Notes: a model not told the origin generated them from the letters alone. Numbered from the stretch's first letter, positions 49,802 to 61,177 are shown. The stretch is 64,000 bases of DNA from Escherichia coli (GCF_017348835.2 NZ_CP071375.1); one strand, 5' to 3'. Numbers and translations are program-made.

Positions 49802-51016
49802 TTACATTTTGCTGTCGAGGTATTTACCTGTTTCTTTATGTCTGAAGTCAGGGATCATTTCAAAAAACAGTTTTACAATATCGTCTTTATTCCATTCCAG
49901 AGATGCTTTCATCTCTTCGATACGTTCTTCAAAGTGGGCCAGAAGCGCAGGGTCATATAAAGGTTCATTCTTGATAATGCCCAGATTGTTAAAACGCTCC
50001 ATATCAAGCGTTTCATTATCGGTGAAGAACTCCTCGAAATCTTTCTCACCTGTCGTATCACTTGAGGTAAACAAACATGGCCATTTACCTTGTGCTGGCA
50101 GGGTTTTAGCAAGCTCACGAGCTTCGTCTTCGGTTTCACAAAGATGAGGCTCATAACCACGTTGCTTAAGGTAGAGAACCGCAATATCGGCAAAAGAAAT
50201 GAGGTGTAATGCTTCACTCAGTTTCGGGAAGAAGATGTCACGATTATCACCAAAAATACATGACATCAGACAGAGCTCACCTGATTCCTGAGGGGTGACG
50301 AAATAACGCTTGATATCATTCGGTGCAACCAGGGGTTGCTGCTTGTGGAGGCGTTGATTGAACCCATGCAGAAGGGAGCCATCAGAAAAGGCTACGTTCG
50401 CGAAACGTGCAGTAGAGATGGCGATTTGTTCACTTTTACGCATCAGGAACATTTCCATAATACGCTTAGAAGCGCCCATCATATTTACCGGATTCGCGGC
50501 CTTGTCGGTCGATACGCAGAAGAATTTCTTAACGCCAGCAGCAATAGACTGCTCAATGGTTTTGTCAGTATTGAGAATATTGACTTCAATCATGCGCATC
50601 AGGGTAAACGGATCTTTCTCACTGCGAACATGTTTCAGGGCAGATAAATTCAGAACGTAATCATATTTACCGTCAGCTTTGATAAAAGCGTCGTATTCTA
50701 CAGAGCCGATATCAAGCGCGAACGTCTGGAAATCACCAGCAATATAACCGAAGGAACTGCGTATATCACGAACCAACTCAACCATGTTGTTTTCGCTAAT
50801 ATCGACAACATGCAGTTTCTGAGGATTGCGTTTAAATATTTCTTTTACAACAGCCTGACCAATAGAGCCAGCACCGCCAAGTACAAGGAAGCGTGATTCG
50901 GAAACGATTTTTTTTAATTCTTTTTCATTTTCAGAAACATCATCACTGAATAATTCTTTATTACGCCCAATCAATTGGAGGATATTATACATTTCGAGAT
51001 CCAGTTTGTTACTCAT
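49802..51016 (-). CDS. Nucleotide-sugar 4,6-dehydratase (LegB/LgaA-like)
   Basis: 404 aa; LVLGGAGSIGQAVVKEI Rossmann motif; first gene of the cluster after JUMPstart. Confidence 0.7.
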   Translation of the reverse strand: MSNKLDLEMYNILQLIGRNKELFSDDVSENEKELKKIVSESRFLVLGGAGSIGQAVVKEIFKRNPQKLHVVDISENNMVELVRDIRSSFGYIAGDFQTFALDIGSVEYDAFIKADGKYDYVLNLSALKHVRSEKDPFTLMRMIEVNILNTDKTIEQSIAAGVKKFFCVSTDKAANPVNMMGASKRIMEMFLMRKSEQIAISTARFANVAFSDGSLLHGFNQRLHKQQPLVAPNDIKRYFVTPQESGELCLMSCIFGDNRDIFFPKLSEALHLISFADIAVLYLKQRGYEPHLCETEDEARELAKTLPAQGKWPCLFTSSDTTGEKDFEEFFTDNETLDMERFNNLGIIKNEPLYDPALLAHFEERIEEMKASLEWNKDDIVKLFFEMIPDFRHKETGKYLDSKM

Positions 51017-51142
51017 TATATTCAGGTCAAAACGGCTTCAGTCAAAAAAAATTTCGTGGCTGCAATCGTTTCATATATATTGACATTCTTAAAAAACCGG
51101 GGGAAACCTTCGGTTTTAATTAGCATCAAGCCAGAAAATTGA

Positions 51143-51181
51143 TACGCTACCGCCCCTGGCTTAACAGCTACCAGTGCACTG
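51143..51181 (-). promoter_or_regulatory. JUMPstart element containing ops (RfaH recruitment site)
   Basis: Minus-strand sequence matches the 39-bp JUMPstart consensus as recalled and contains GGCGGTAGCGT (ops); lies between galF and the first O-antigen gene. Confidence 0.65.
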
Positions 51182-51438
51182 CGAACTTTCATAGACGTGT
51201 TGAACTCTGCTTTCAGTCGCAAAGCCTCTAAACTCAAACACTAATTGTCTTACCATTCGGTGTCAGAAACAAGAAGAAATACTACAAAATCCAGTTCAAA
51301 ATTTTGTAGCTAACTCAATGAAAACAAACACCTTTCAGCAAAAACGGCAGAAACATTCTTTTCTTACCGGCATCACTGCCTCGAATGTTAACTGCTGTTT
51401 ATAGATTTTTAATCAATCAAACTGGCTAATTTGTGGTC

Positions 51439-52332
51439 TTACTCACTAAGCAATTTTTCAATGCTTTTCCGGAATTTCGGCCCTTCTTTCAGGTTACGCA
51501 ATCCGTACTTAACAAACGCCTGCATGTATCCCATTTTTTTACCGCAGTCGTAGCTGTCTCCAGTCATCAGCATGGCATCAACGGACTGTTTTTTCGCCAG
51601 TTCGGCAATGGCATCAGTCAGCTGAATACGTCCCCATGCACCTGGTTGAGTGCGTTCTAGTTCCGGCCAAATATCGGCAGAAAGCACATAGCGACCAACG
51701 GCCATGATGTCTGAGTCCAGCGTCTGCGGCTGATCCGGTTTTTCGATAAATTCGACGATGCGACTGACTTTACCTTCACGGTCCAGCGGCTCTTTGGTCT
51801 GGATGACCGAGTATTCAGAGAGGTCACCCGGCATACGTTTTGCCAGCACCTGACTGCGGCCCGTTTCATTGAAACGTGCAATCATGGCAGCAAGGTTGTA
51901 ACGCAGCGGGTCGGCGCTGGCGTCGTCGATCACAACGTCTGGCAGCACCACGACAAATGGATTGTCACCAATGGCAGGTCGTGCACATAAAATGGAGTGG
52001 CCCAAACCTAAAGGTTCGCCCTGACGCACGTTCATAATGGTCACGCCCGGCGGACAGATGGACTGCACTTCCGCAAGCAGTTGACGCTTTACGCGCTGTT
52101 CAAGGAGAGATTCTAATTCATAAGAGGTGTCGAAGTGGTTTTCGACCGCGTTCTTGGACGCGTGAGTTACCAGGAGGATTTCTTTGATCCCTGCAGCCAC
52201 AATCTCGTCAACAATGTACTGAATCATTGGCTTGTCGACGATCGGTAGCATCTCTTTGGGAATCGCCTTAGTGGCAGGCAACATATGCATCCCAAGACCC
52301 GCTACAGGAATAACTGCTTTTAAATTCGTCAT
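51439..52332 (-). CDS. galF: UTP--glucose-1-phosphate uridylyltransferase-like regulatory subunit GalF
   Basis: ORF 51439..52344; start at [39 protein letters not shown] as in E. coli GalF. Confidence 0.9.
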   Translation of the reverse strand: MTNLKAVIPVAGLGMHMLPATKAIPKEMLPIVDKPMIQYIVDEIVAAGIKEILLVTHASKNAVENHFDTSYELESLLEQRVKRQLLAEVQSICPPGVTIMNVRQGEPLGLGHSILCARPAIGDNPFVVVLPDVVIDDASADPLRYNLAAMIARFNETGRSQVLAKRMPGDLSEYSVIQTKEPLDREGKVSRIVEFIEKPDQPQTLDSDIMAVGRYVLSADIWPELERTQPGAWGRIQLTDAIAELAKKQSVDAMLMTGDSYDCGKKMGYMQAFVKYGLRNLKEGPKFRKSIEKLLSE

Positions 52333-52506
52333 TATTTCATCCACCTGTAAAATGGTTGCTGAATTATAGCTTGTTCGATTTTTTTCGCCAGCATCAATTA
52401 CCCTGAATTGATTACTGAATTACTTGTGATGTTACGCCGCTTCGTTGTGGATTGCAGTAGCATTGTTCCTAAGTATGGCTCCATTTTTCCAGGAATGGTC
52501 GCAAAT

Positions 52507-53901
52507 CTACTCTCTCCGTTCCGGCAATCTAAAGTTAATCTTTTCCACATTAACAATATGGTGATTAATCCTGTCGATATCGACGGAGCTTTGCCCACTT
52601 TCATTCACCGCATGAACATTTGCAAGAGACAGCAGTGTTTCTTCTTTCGCCATAAAGACGCCTCGAACGTCTTTGCGCATGTCGAAGTTCATGCTCAATG
52701 CTGGTCCAACAGAGGATTCCTGCATCACTTTGATATTACGCATAAAAAGATGTTGCGGTTTGTTGTGAAGCTCCAGCGAGGCACGCTTCATCTCAATGTT
52801 AGTCAGTGCCACAAAGGAGACGGCATTCCCGGCGGAGATTTGGATGCCGCGCAATTTATAAGCAAGATGGGTGTTATCCAGTTGAATATTATTCACTCGG
52901 AAATTTTGCGGTATCGAGAGATATTTGCCTTTAATTACCCCATAGCCTATTAACATCCCGGCGCTATTAATCATTTCAATATTATCAATCACGAAATTGT
53001 CACAACCGTAAATAGCGACTGTCGCGTTATCAATGCCTGCTTTCTTACTGAAATCCGGCGTGATATTGCAGGCTTTGATATTACGAATAACAAAATGTTT
53101 ACCATTTTCAACATGGATCAACTGCCGACAATCCGATCCCGTGATATTCGCCACGACAAAGTTTTTCACTGCCTGGTCTTCCGGGTAGTTATTATCATAA
53201 GTACTCCCCGCAAGGCCTATGCCAATGCCCCAGTTGATTTTGCCGTTGGTACAGTTGATGCGCTCGATGACATGGTCGGAGATCAAAATATCACTGTCGT
53301 TAATCGCCACGTTCCATTCAATGGCGTCGCCCTGTAAGTCGCTGAACTTACAGTTGGTGATGTTGGCACCGATAATCTGGTTATGAAATCCCTGGCGCAA
53401 AATAGCGTAATTAGCGTGGTTAACGGTCAGGTTATCGATGGTCAGGTTGCGCATGACCCGTTTGTTTTTGCCGCCGATATAAATCTGCGTTACCGGGCCA
53501 AAGCCGCTCATCGCCAGCCCTTTGATGGTGCAGTCAGAACCACGCACATCCAGGGTGATGTTATGCATACTGCCGCCCTTCTCCCCTGTCACCTGGCTGC
53601 CGTCCTGTAAGACAAATCGCCCTCTGCCGTTGCCGCGCAGGCTTCCAAGGATGTGTAACGTTTTGCCGGGAGGGATGAAGATGCCGGTGTTGATATTGTC
53701 ACAAACGAATCCGGCAGGCACGACGACTGTTTGCCCTTCGCTGAAGGCTTGTTTAAATGAGGCGATCCAGTCGTGAGGGTTGTAGTCGTTAATGTTAACG
53801 CTTTGTCGGGCGGGAAGTGCGCGAGCGAAAGGGGTATGGAGGAAGGCAAGCGCCGAGCTTGCCGTCAGGAAGGTGCGTCGGGAGAGTGTTTTAAATGGCA
53901 T
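52507..53901 (-). CDS. wcaM: Colanic acid biosynthesis protein WcaM
   Basis: 464 aa; twin-arginine-like signal ([13 protein letters not shown]); matches E. coli WcaM as recalled. Confidence 0.9.
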   Translation of the reverse strand: MPFKTLSRRTFLTASSALAFLHTPFARALPARQSVNINDYNPHDWIASFKQAFSEGQTVVVPAGFVCDNINTGIFIPPGKTLHILGSLRGNGRGRFVLQDGSQVTGEKGGSMHNITLDVRGSDCTIKGLAMSGFGPVTQIYIGGKNKRVMRNLTIDNLTVNHANYAILRQGFHNQIIGANITNCKFSDLQGDAIEWNVAINDSDILISDHVIERINCTNGKINWGIGIGLAGSTYDNNYPEDQAVKNFVVANITGSDCRQLIHVENGKHFVIRNIKACNITPDFSKKAGIDNATVAIYGCDNFVIDNIEMINSAGMLIGYGVIKGKYLSIPQNFRVNNIQLDNTHLAYKLRGIQISAGNAVSFVALTNIEMKRASLELHNKPQHLFMRNIKVMQESSVGPALSMNFDMRKDVRGVFMAKEETLLSLANVHAVNESGQSSVDIDRINHHIVNVEKINFRLPERRE

Positions 53902-53911
53902 ACGTTCTCCT

Positions 53912-55132
53912 CTATAAAGCCTGTAACAAGCTGGCGAGTTCTCGATTAATCACCTGCTGGTTAAAATCGTGTTCGACTTTTTCGCGCGCACGTTTGACAA
54001 CCGGAGCCAGTTCGTCAGTGTCCAGTTGGCTAAATGCCGCCAGACGTTGCGCCAGTGCGCGAGCATCGTTCTCAGGCACCAGCCAGCCGGATTTATCGGC
54101 CTCCACCAGTTCCGGTATTCCGCTATGCAGAGTAGAAACCACCGGAATGCCGACCGCCATCGCTTCCATCAGCGCTACCGGAATGCCTTCCATATCGCCA
54201 TCCGCGCCCGTTACCGATGGCAACAGGAAGACATCCGCGTCGTCGAGCATCGCTTTCACTTCATGGCTCGGTTTAAAGCCCGGCATCTCCACCACATCTT
54301 CCAGTTGATATTGTTCGATGAGGGTGCGCAGGCGTCTTTCCCACGGGCCAATGCCGAGGATGCGATAGCGAAATGCCACGCCCTGCTCTTTCAACTGCCG
54401 ACAGGCTTCGATCGCCACATGCAGGCCTTTTTTCTCGGTTAAGCGTGCGACGGAAATGATTTCCAGCGGCGTTGCGGGCGCTTTCACCGGACGCGGGCTA
54501 AAGCGCGTCATGTCCACGCCCATACGCGATACGGCGATTTTTTCTCTGGGGCAGCCCATTTTTTGCAGCCTTCCTGCCCACAGATCGCTTATCGGTAACA
54601 TCAGGTCGCCACGGCGAAACAGTTGTTGATATTCGGGAGTGTAGTGGTTGAGCACTTCCCGACTGGAGATATCAATACCGTGGAAGATGGTGGCAATTTT
54701 GCCGCGAATGACACCCAGTTCGCGTAGTTTTGCTGCGGTTACCCCCGCCGGGCCAAAATGAGCGATAAAGACATCGGCATGAAACGGTGTTGCGACCTGG
54801 CCGCAAATGGCAGACAAAATCAGGTTTCGCGACTCAGCACCATAGCGTTTGAGGTTGAGCGCCTGCCAGGTATTTTTACGATGAATGCCGTGTAAGGTCT
54901 GGCTGGCGCGGTGGCGCAGTTTCGCAACTTTGCCTTGTGGTTCGTCCTGTAACCAGCGGGTTCTGGCGGCAAGGTTGTATTTCGTCCATGCCGCGTGGGT
55001 ATTCTGGGTGTCGCCTTTTTGCAGCGCGACAATCTCCACTTCAAAGCCCATATCAATAAACGCGGTAATTTGATTGAGGACGAAGGTTTCCGACGACAGC
55101 GGAAATTTCAGTAAAAAGAAGCCGACCTTCAT
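53912..55132 (-). CDS. wcaL: Colanic acid biosynthesis glycosyltransferase WcaL
   Basis: 406 aa GT4-family; E. coli WcaL. Confidence 0.9.
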   Translation of the reverse strand: MKVGFFLLKFPLSSETFVLNQITAFIDMGFEVEIVALQKGDTQNTHAAWTKYNLAARTRWLQDEPQGKVAKLRHRASQTLHGIHRKNTWQALNLKRYGAESRNLILSAICGQVATPFHADVFIAHFGPAGVTAAKLRELGVIRGKIATIFHGIDISSREVLNHYTPEYQQLFRRGDLMLPISDLWAGRLQKMGCPREKIAVSRMGVDMTRFSPRPVKAPATPLEIISVARLTEKKGLHVAIEACRQLKEQGVAFRYRILGIGPWERRLRTLIEQYQLEDVVEMPGFKPSHEVKAMLDDADVFLLPSVTGADGDMEGIPVALMEAMAVGIPVVSTLHSGIPELVEADKSGWLVPENDARALAQRLAAFSQLDTDELAPVVKRAREKVEHDFNQQVINRELASLLQAL

Positions 55133-56409
55133 TTCACCTCCCCGATGCGTTCAAGCACAGATTGCACCATCTGCATTCCTGTATGACGCTCACGACTGAC
55201 AGCTTCGTTAAGTCGTGCGTTCAGCGCCGGAAGCTGGCCTAAGGTATCCGCAACCATCGCTTGCAGGCTGCCGTCCAGTAAATGACGGATATCAATTGCC
55301 ATCTCCGGTAGTCCCAGCTGCTGCATGATCCCGGCGGATTTATGTTCATAGTTGATGGCAATCGCCGGAGTAGCAAAGTTCATTGAGATAATAGCGGAGT
55401 GCAGACGCGTACCAACGGTGAGTTCACAGGCACCGAGAATTTTGCCCATTTCCAGATCGTTAAGTTCATCCATCACTACGTGGTAACGGGCAGGATCGCT
55501 GATATGCTGGCGCAGGTTGAGCGCCACCATGCGGTCGTCTTTGTTATAACTGTCGATGCCCGTACAGGTGGAGAGCGCAATCACCTGATAGCCTTCGTCG
55601 AGAATGCGATTGACCACCCCGGCAAAGGCTTTTTCATACGCTTGCTGAGTGGTGCCGAGACGTTTGTCGAACGGTGCCAGTTCGCGCAGGGTAATTGCCA
55701 CCGTTTTCTGTTGTGCGGCAACGTCCAGCCAGTGTTGGACGGCATAGCTGGCGGTGAAATCTTCGGTGTGGTGATCGACCAGCCACGCGGTATCGACGCC
55801 ATGTTCAACTTTTGCAGTGGTGATATTGCTGCGTTTCATCAGATCAAGACTGACCGATTCGCGCAGGATCAGCGCGTCACAGTGACCAAAAACGTAGTTC
55901 GCCAGTTGGTTAAATTGCTCATCCTGGAAGGGGCCGACGCTGTGACCAATCATAAACAGCGGCTTTTTCGCCATAAACGTGCAAAGCGCATGTTCAAACT
56001 GCGGCACGCCATAGAGATCGACAAAAAACGATCCGCCGACCTGGATAATGGCGTCGTAACCTGACAGCAGGCGCACGAAGTCGGTGAATCCCTGGGCGAT
56101 GGCGATATTACGCAGCTTGCCAGTGTCGGTGACGCGCGAGAGCAGTACCTGGTGCTGATAGCGGCGACGGAGGACTTTTTTAACGCGCCCGACAACGCCC
56201 GCCGCGCTGTTGTGTTGTTTCATTTGAAGGAACAGCGGATCACCCATTACCGGGCGGTTGAGCAGCCAGGAAGAACTGACCGGATAGCGGCTCATCACGT
56301 CCACTTCGGCTTGTGGATTGAGGATGTTGATGGCATCAAGTAAGCCGCGCAGGATGGCGCTGTCGCCACGATTGCCGCAAGTGTGGTTGCCCAGAATAAG
56401 TAATTTCAT
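55129..56409 (-). CDS. wcaK: Colanic acid biosynthesis pyruvyl transferase WcaK
   Basis: 426 aa; MKLLILGNHTCGNRGDSAILRG; E. coli WcaK. Confidence 0.9.
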   Translation of the reverse strand: MKLLILGNHTCGNRGDSAILRGLLDAINILNPQAEVDVMSRYPVSSSWLLNRPVMGDPLFLQMKQHNSAAGVVGRVKKVLRRRYQHQVLLSRVTDTGKLRNIAIAQGFTDFVRLLSGYDAIIQVGGSFFVDLYGVPQFEHALCTFMAKKPLFMIGHSVGPFQDEQFNQLANYVFGHCDALILRESVSLDLMKRSNITTAKVEHGVDTAWLVDHHTEDFTASYAVQHWLDVAAQQKTVAITLRELAPFDKRLGTTQQAYEKAFAGVVNRILDEGYQVIALSTCTGIDSYNKDDRMVALNLRQHISDPARYHVVMDELNDLEMGKILGACELTVGTRLHSAIISMNFATPAIAINYEHKSAGIMQQLGLPEMAIDIRHLLDGSLQAMVADTLGQLPALNARLNEAVSRERHTGMQMVQSVLERIGEVK

Positions 56410-56470
56410 TTTTTCCTCATAAATTTGATGCCAGGTGAGGCTGTGTTTGTTGTGTCCGTTGCCGCTTTTT

Positions 56471-56850
56471 GCCTGATGCGACGCTGGCGCGTCTTATCAG
56501 GCCTACAGGTCCCGAGCACAGAACCGTAGGACGGATAAGGCGTTCACGCCGCATCCGGCATTCAGTGCCTGATGCGACGCTGACGCGTCTTATCAGGCCT
56601 ACAGGTCCCGAGCACAGAACCGTAAGACGGATAAGGCATTCACGCCGCATCCGGCATTCAGTGCCTGATGCGACGCTGACGCGTCTTATCAGGCCTACAA
56701 GATCCAAGCACAGAACCGTAGGATGGATAAGGCGTTCACGCCGCATCCGGCATTCAGTGCCTGATGCGACGCTGGCGCGTCTTATCAGGCCTACAAGACC
56801 CGAGCACAGAACCGTAGGCCGGAATAAGGCGTTTTACGCTGCACCCGGCA
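56471..56850. repeat. Tandem array of four ~96-bp REP/BIME units
   Basis: Unit GCCTGATGCGACGCTG(G/A)CGCGTCTTATCAGGCCTACA...GTAGGACGGATAAGGCGTTCACGCCGCATCCGGCA repeated four times with point differences. Confidence 0.8.
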
Positions 56851-56877
56851 ACCGTTGTCGGAACCGAAAACAACAAC

Positions 56878-58356
56878 TCACCCCGCCCGTAAAAGCATTT
56901 TCATTTTTTCGCTGCGACAAAACTGACGCTTCACTTCCACCACCAGCGGATGGCGCGACAGCACAATCATCACTACAAACGCCAGCACGCCCGCGGCTAT
57001 TTGCACCGCCAGCAGCATCCCCAGCGCCAGTTGCCCTTTCAGCACAATGCCCAGCGCATAACTGACCACCAGCGTCGGCAGCGATAGGTAAAACGGCAGC
57101 CACAAACTCAGGATGTACTGGCGATAACTGGAACCAAGAACCGGTTTAATCATCACGAAGTAACTCAGAATGGTGTTGATAATCTGCACCAGCAGGAAGC
57201 CAAGCGTGACGCCGATTGCGCCCGCCATCTGCCCACCAATAACAATCGCCGGAATAAACAGAAATGTTTTGAATACGTTGAATTTAAAGCTGATATCGAC
57301 CCGCGCTTTCGCCATCAGCAGCGAACCAATCGGGTTACCCACCGAACGCAGCAGACCCACCACACACAGCAATTGCAGCACCGGAATAATGCTGTTCCAC
57401 TTCTCACCAAAGACCAGCGGTACAAAGTTATTCGACACCACCATCAGCCCCAGCAGCGCCGGAAAGTTGATAATCCCCACCACCGACAGCAGCTTGTAGA
57501 AGTTGACGCGCAGCTTTTCGGTGTCGTCCTGAATTTTGGCAAACGCCGGAAACAACACGCGCGTGATGATTGGGTTCAGCTTCATCGGAGGCACAACGGC
57601 CACGTTGTACGCCAAGTTGTATCCCCCTGCCACGCCCGCGCCGAGAATACGCGCCAGCACCAGCGTTGAAAGGTTGGTATTGAGATAGTTGATGATGCTG
57701 TCCGCCGTCAGCCAGGCACCAAAGCGTAAGTTTGGTGCCACCGACGCCAGCGAGAAATGCAGACCGGGGCGATAAATTTTTCGACCAAAGTAGCCAAACA
57801 GCAGCGTTCTTACCGCACTATTGACCAGATAACCGAGGATCGCGGTCATCGCCAGCGGCCAGAAATGGGCGCTAACCACCGTAAAAGTGAAGCCCGCCAG
57901 CACCGCGCTGGTTTCGATCATGCCGATTTTGTTGAACTCCAGTTCCTTTTGCATCAACGCGCGGAACTGCTGCCCGTGGGGGATCACCACAAACGCCAGC
58001 GACAATGTTTTAATCAACGGTGCCAGGTCCGGGTTATTCAGCACGTCGCCGATGACATCACTCAACAGAAACACCGCCACGCACACCACGATCCCCAGTC
58101 CGACGTTCAGCCAGTACAGCGTGGTGAGTTCAAGGTGGCTGATTTCTTTTCGCTGAATAATCGAGTTAGCGATACCGAAGTCAGAAAGCGTATCTGCCAG
58201 CGCGATAATCACCAGCGACACAGTCAGCAGGCCGAACTGGTGGTTGTCGATAATCCGCGCCAGCACGGTCATCTGCACCAGCCCGAGACCGATGATGATC
58301 ACCGTAGCAATCGCCGACCACTTCGCGCCGCTGATGGTTTTTTCACGTAAGCTCAT
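56878..58356 (-). CDS. wzxC: Colanic acid repeat-unit flippase WzxC
   Basis: 492 aa PST-family transporter; E. coli WzxC. Confidence 0.9.
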   Translation of the reverse strand: MSLREKTISGAKWSAIATVIIIGLGLVQMTVLARIIDNHQFGLLTVSLVIIALADTLSDFGIANSIIQRKEISHLELTTLYWLNVGLGIVVCVAVFLLSDVIGDVLNNPDLAPLIKTLSLAFVVIPHGQQFRALMQKELEFNKIGMIETSAVLAGFTFTVVSAHFWPLAMTAILGYLVNSAVRTLLFGYFGRKIYRPGLHFSLASVAPNLRFGAWLTADSIINYLNTNLSTLVLARILGAGVAGGYNLAYNVAVVPPMKLNPIITRVLFPAFAKIQDDTEKLRVNFYKLLSVVGIINFPALLGLMVVSNNFVPLVFGEKWNSIIPVLQLLCVVGLLRSVGNPIGSLLMAKARVDISFKFNVFKTFLFIPAIVIGGQMAGAIGVTLGFLLVQIINTILSYFVMIKPVLGSSYRQYILSLWLPFYLSLPTLVVSYALGIVLKGQLALGMLLAVQIAAGVLAFVVMIVLSRHPLVVEVKRQFCRSEKMKMLLRAG

Positions 58357-58357
58357 A

Positions 58358-59752
58358 TCAATATGCCGCTTTGTTAACGAAGCCTTTGAATACCGTCAGG
58401 AAAACGATTTTGATATCGAACCAGACGCTCCATTCGCGGATGTACTCAAGGTCGAACTCGACGCGTTTTTCCATTTTCTCCAGCGTGTCGGTTTCGCCGC
58501 GCCAGCCGTTAATCTGCGCCCAGCCGGTAATGCCCGGTTTCACTTTATGGCGCAGCATGTAGCCTTCAATGAGCTGGCGATACTGTTCGTTATGCGCCAC
58601 CGCGTGCGGACGTGGACCCACAATCGACATCCCCCCGGTCAGCACATTGATAAACTGCGGCAGTTCATCCAGCGAGGTGCGGCGCAGAAAGTTCCCCACT
58701 TTGGTGACGCGCGGATCGTTCTGCGTCGCCTGGGTCACCACTTTGTCGTTCTCCATCACTTTCATGGAACGGAACTTCCACACTTTGATCGGCTTGCCAT
58801 CCATGCCGTAGCGAGTCTGGCGGAAAATAACCGGCCCAGGTGAACTGAGTTTCACCGCCAGCGCAATGCAGCACAGCACCGGGGAGATCAGCAGCAGGAT
58901 AAGCGTCGCCAGCACAATGTCTTCCGCACGTTTGAGCAGGCGGTTAACCCCGGAAAGCGGCGTGTCGTAAAGCGGCACCACCGGAACGCCGTTCATCTCT
59001 TCAAGACGTGAATGGAGAATGTTGAAGGTAAAGACATCGGGGATCAGCAGCACCGAACAGGTGGTGTCCGCCAATTGATGGACCAGTTTTTTCACTCGCG
59101 CGCCGTCGCACATTTGCATCGCGATATAGACGTTATGAATCTTGCCCGCTTTCGCGTCCTCGACCAGCTGTTGCAGATTACCCGCCCAGTCGTTAGAAAC
59201 GCCGCCCGGTTTCGGGTCGTGGTAAACGCCCACCACTTCAAACCCTAACCACGGCTGGTTACGGAAGCTCTCCATCAGCATTTGCCCGGCGGCTAAATCC
59301 CCCGCCACCGCGACCATGCGCTTGTTATAGCCATGATTACGCAGCCAGCCCGCCCCAATGCGAATACATGAACGGCAAACCACCAGTCCGATGCTGGTCA
59401 GCCCATACCACGCCAGCCAGATTTTCAGTTGCGTGTCGAAATCATTGTTGAACGCCACCAGTCCGGCGCTGAAAATCACGCTTAAGGTCCAGTTTTGTAG
59501 CAACAGGGCAAATTCTGTCGCTGCCCGAACACCGCGCCATGAGCGATAAAAATCGGTGATGCCACCCAGCATCTGGAACACCACCAGCGTAATCAGCGCC
59601 ACCAACAGGTGCATGTAGAGGAATGACAGGCCGCTCACTTCGCAAACCAGCCATAGTCCGGCAAACATGATGGTGATATCTGAAAAGCGTTGCACCATAG
59701 AGATTAACGATGCATTGGTTTTCGCTCGCTCGCGCTTTTTTAGATTTGTCAT
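58358..59752 (-). CDS. wcaJ: Undecaprenyl-phosphate glucose-1-phosphate transferase WcaJ
   Basis: 464 aa; polyisoprenyl-phosphate hexose-1-P transferase C-terminal domain; E. coli WcaJ. Confidence 0.9.
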   Translation of the reverse strand: MTNLKKRERAKTNASLISMVQRFSDITIMFAGLWLVCEVSGLSFLYMHLLVALITLVVFQMLGGITDFYRSWRGVRAATEFALLLQNWTLSVIFSAGLVAFNNDFDTQLKIWLAWYGLTSIGLVVCRSCIRIGAGWLRNHGYNKRMVAVAGDLAAGQMLMESFRNQPWLGFEVVGVYHDPKPGGVSNDWAGNLQQLVEDAKAGKIHNVYIAMQMCDGARVKKLVHQLADTTCSVLLIPDVFTFNILHSRLEEMNGVPVVPLYDTPLSGVNRLLKRAEDIVLATLILLLISPVLCCIALAVKLSSPGPVIFRQTRYGMDGKPIKVWKFRSMKVMENDKVVTQATQNDPRVTKVGNFLRRTSLDELPQFINVLTGGMSIVGPRPHAVAHNEQYRQLIEGYMLRHKVKPGITGWAQINGWRGETDTLEKMEKRVEFDLEYIREWSVWFDIKIVFLTVFKGFVNKAAY

Positions 59753-59806
59753 CGTTGTTCCTGTTATTAGCCCCTTACCCGCAGTGGGGTAAGGGAAGAT
59801 CCGACA

Positions 59807-61177
59807 TTACTCATTCAGCAACGTCAGCAGAGTTCGCGTTCGCGCTTCCATCAGCGGTACATCACCGCGCGATTCCACATTCAACCGCACCACCGGTTCG
59901 GTGTTGGAGGTGCGCAGGTTAAAGCGCCAGTCGGCAAAGGTCATGCTGATGCCATCGGTGCGATCCACCGCCAGCGCCTCACGGCTAAAATGCTGTTCCA
60001 CGCGGTTAATCGCCTCAACGGGGTGCGCCAGTTTGCTGTTGATCTCACCGCTTGCCGGAAATGCTGCCATCCGGTCGCGCACCAGTTCGCCCAGCGTTTT
60101 TCCTTTCAGGCACACCAGTTCGGCGACCAGCAGCCACGGGATCATGCCGCTGTCGCAGTAAGCGAAATCACGGAAGTAATGATGGGCGCTCATTTCGCCA
60201 CCGTAGATGGCGTCTTCCTTGCGCATCCGTTCTTTAATAAAGGCGTGTCCGGTTTTCGACATTACCGGTGTGCCGCCCGCGGCGGTCACCACATCAACAG
60301 TGTTCCAGGAGAGACGTGGATCGTGGATGATCTTCGCGCCGGGATTTTTTTCGAGGAATGCTTCTGCCAACAGGCCGACAATGTAGTAGCCCTCAATAAA
60401 CTGCCCTTTTTCGTCAAACAGGAAGCAGCGATCAAAATCACCGTCAAAGGCAATGCCCATATCCGCGCCGTGTTTGATGACCGCATTGCGGGTGTCGTCG
60501 CGACATTCCGGCAGCAGCGGGTTAGGAATACCGTTGGGGAAATTGCCGTCCGGCATGTTGTGCACTTTGATTAATTCCACGGGTGCACCGAGGGCGTTAA
60601 AGCGGGCTTCGATAGCGTCCACCACCGGACCCGCCGCGCCGTTCCCGGAGTTAATCACCAGCTTGAGCGGCGTGAGGTTTTTGACGTTGATATAACCGAA
60701 CAGGTGATCAACGTAAGCGTCACGCAGATTGATTTTCTGATAGCGACCGCGTTTGGTTTCATCAACGGGAGGGAAGTCGTTGGCTTCTGCCAGGCGCTGG
60801 ACTTCGCGCAGTCCGGTATCACCGCTGATCGGGCGAGCCCCTTCGCGCACCAGCTTCATGCCGTTGTAATCCATCGGGTTATGGCTGGCGGTAACTTCGA
60901 TGCCGCCATCCACGCCGAGATGGAACGTGGCGAAATAGATCTCTTCGGTGCCGGACATGCCAATATCCAGCACATCGACGCCCGCATCCTGTAAACCTTT
61001 CGCCAGCGCCAGTTTTAAGGTTTCGCTGGTGAGGCGGACATCACCGCCTAACACAATGGTTTTCGGTTTGAGAAATTCGCCATAGGCGCGACCAATGCGC
61101 CAGGCAATATCTTCATTCAGTTCTTCGCCTAATTTCCCGCGAATATCATAGGCTTTAAAGCAGGTTAATTTTTTCAT
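59807..61177 (-). CDS. cpsG: Phosphomannomutase
   Basis: ORF 59807..61225; start at [14 protein letters not shown] as in E. coli CpsG/ManB; TASHNP active site. Confidence 0.9.
   Translation of the reverse strand: MKKLTCFKAYDIRGKLGEELNEDIAWRIGRAYGEFLKPKTIVLGGDVRLTSETLKLALAKGLQDAGVDVLDIGMSGTEEIYFATFHLGVDGGIEVTASHNPMDYNGMKLVREGARPISGDTGLREVQRLAEANDFPPVDETKRGRYQKINLRDAYVDHLFGYINVKNLTPLKLVINSGNGAAGPVVDAIEARFNALGAPVELIKVHNMPDGNFPNGIPNPLLPECRDDTRNAVIKHGADMGIAFDGDFDRCFLFDEKGQFIEGYYIVGLLAEAFLEKNPGAKIIHDPRLSWNTVDVVTAAGGTPVMSKTGHAFIKERMRKEDAIYGGEMSAHHYFRDFAYCDSGMIPWLLVAELVCLKGKTLGELVRDRMAAFPASGEINSKLAHPVEAINRVEQHFSREALAVDRTDGISMTFADWRFNLRTSNTEPVVRLNVESRGDVPLMEARTRTLLTLLNE

Noticed and set aside
51022..51237. 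71-aa minus-strand ORF upstream of the O-antigen cluster
   Set aside because: Overlaps the JUMPstart/ops regulatory element in a region expected to be untranslated leader; no homology features.
32000..51400. IS elements, H-repeats or prophage remnants within the O-antigen cluster
   Set aside because: No transposase-like ORF or terminal inverted repeats found; genes are tightly packed and co-oriented.
56471..56850. Possible CRISPR array
   Set aside because: The repeats are ~96-bp imperfect palindromic REP units directly abutting one another with no unique spacers, and no cas genes are nearby.
56417..57065. ORFs 56417..56746 (-) and 56469..57065 (+) with repeated LIRPTGPEHRTV-like peptide motifs
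   Set aside because: They are read-through translations of the tandem REP/BIME array; the peptide repeats only mirror the DNA repeats, with no start context or coding-like composition.
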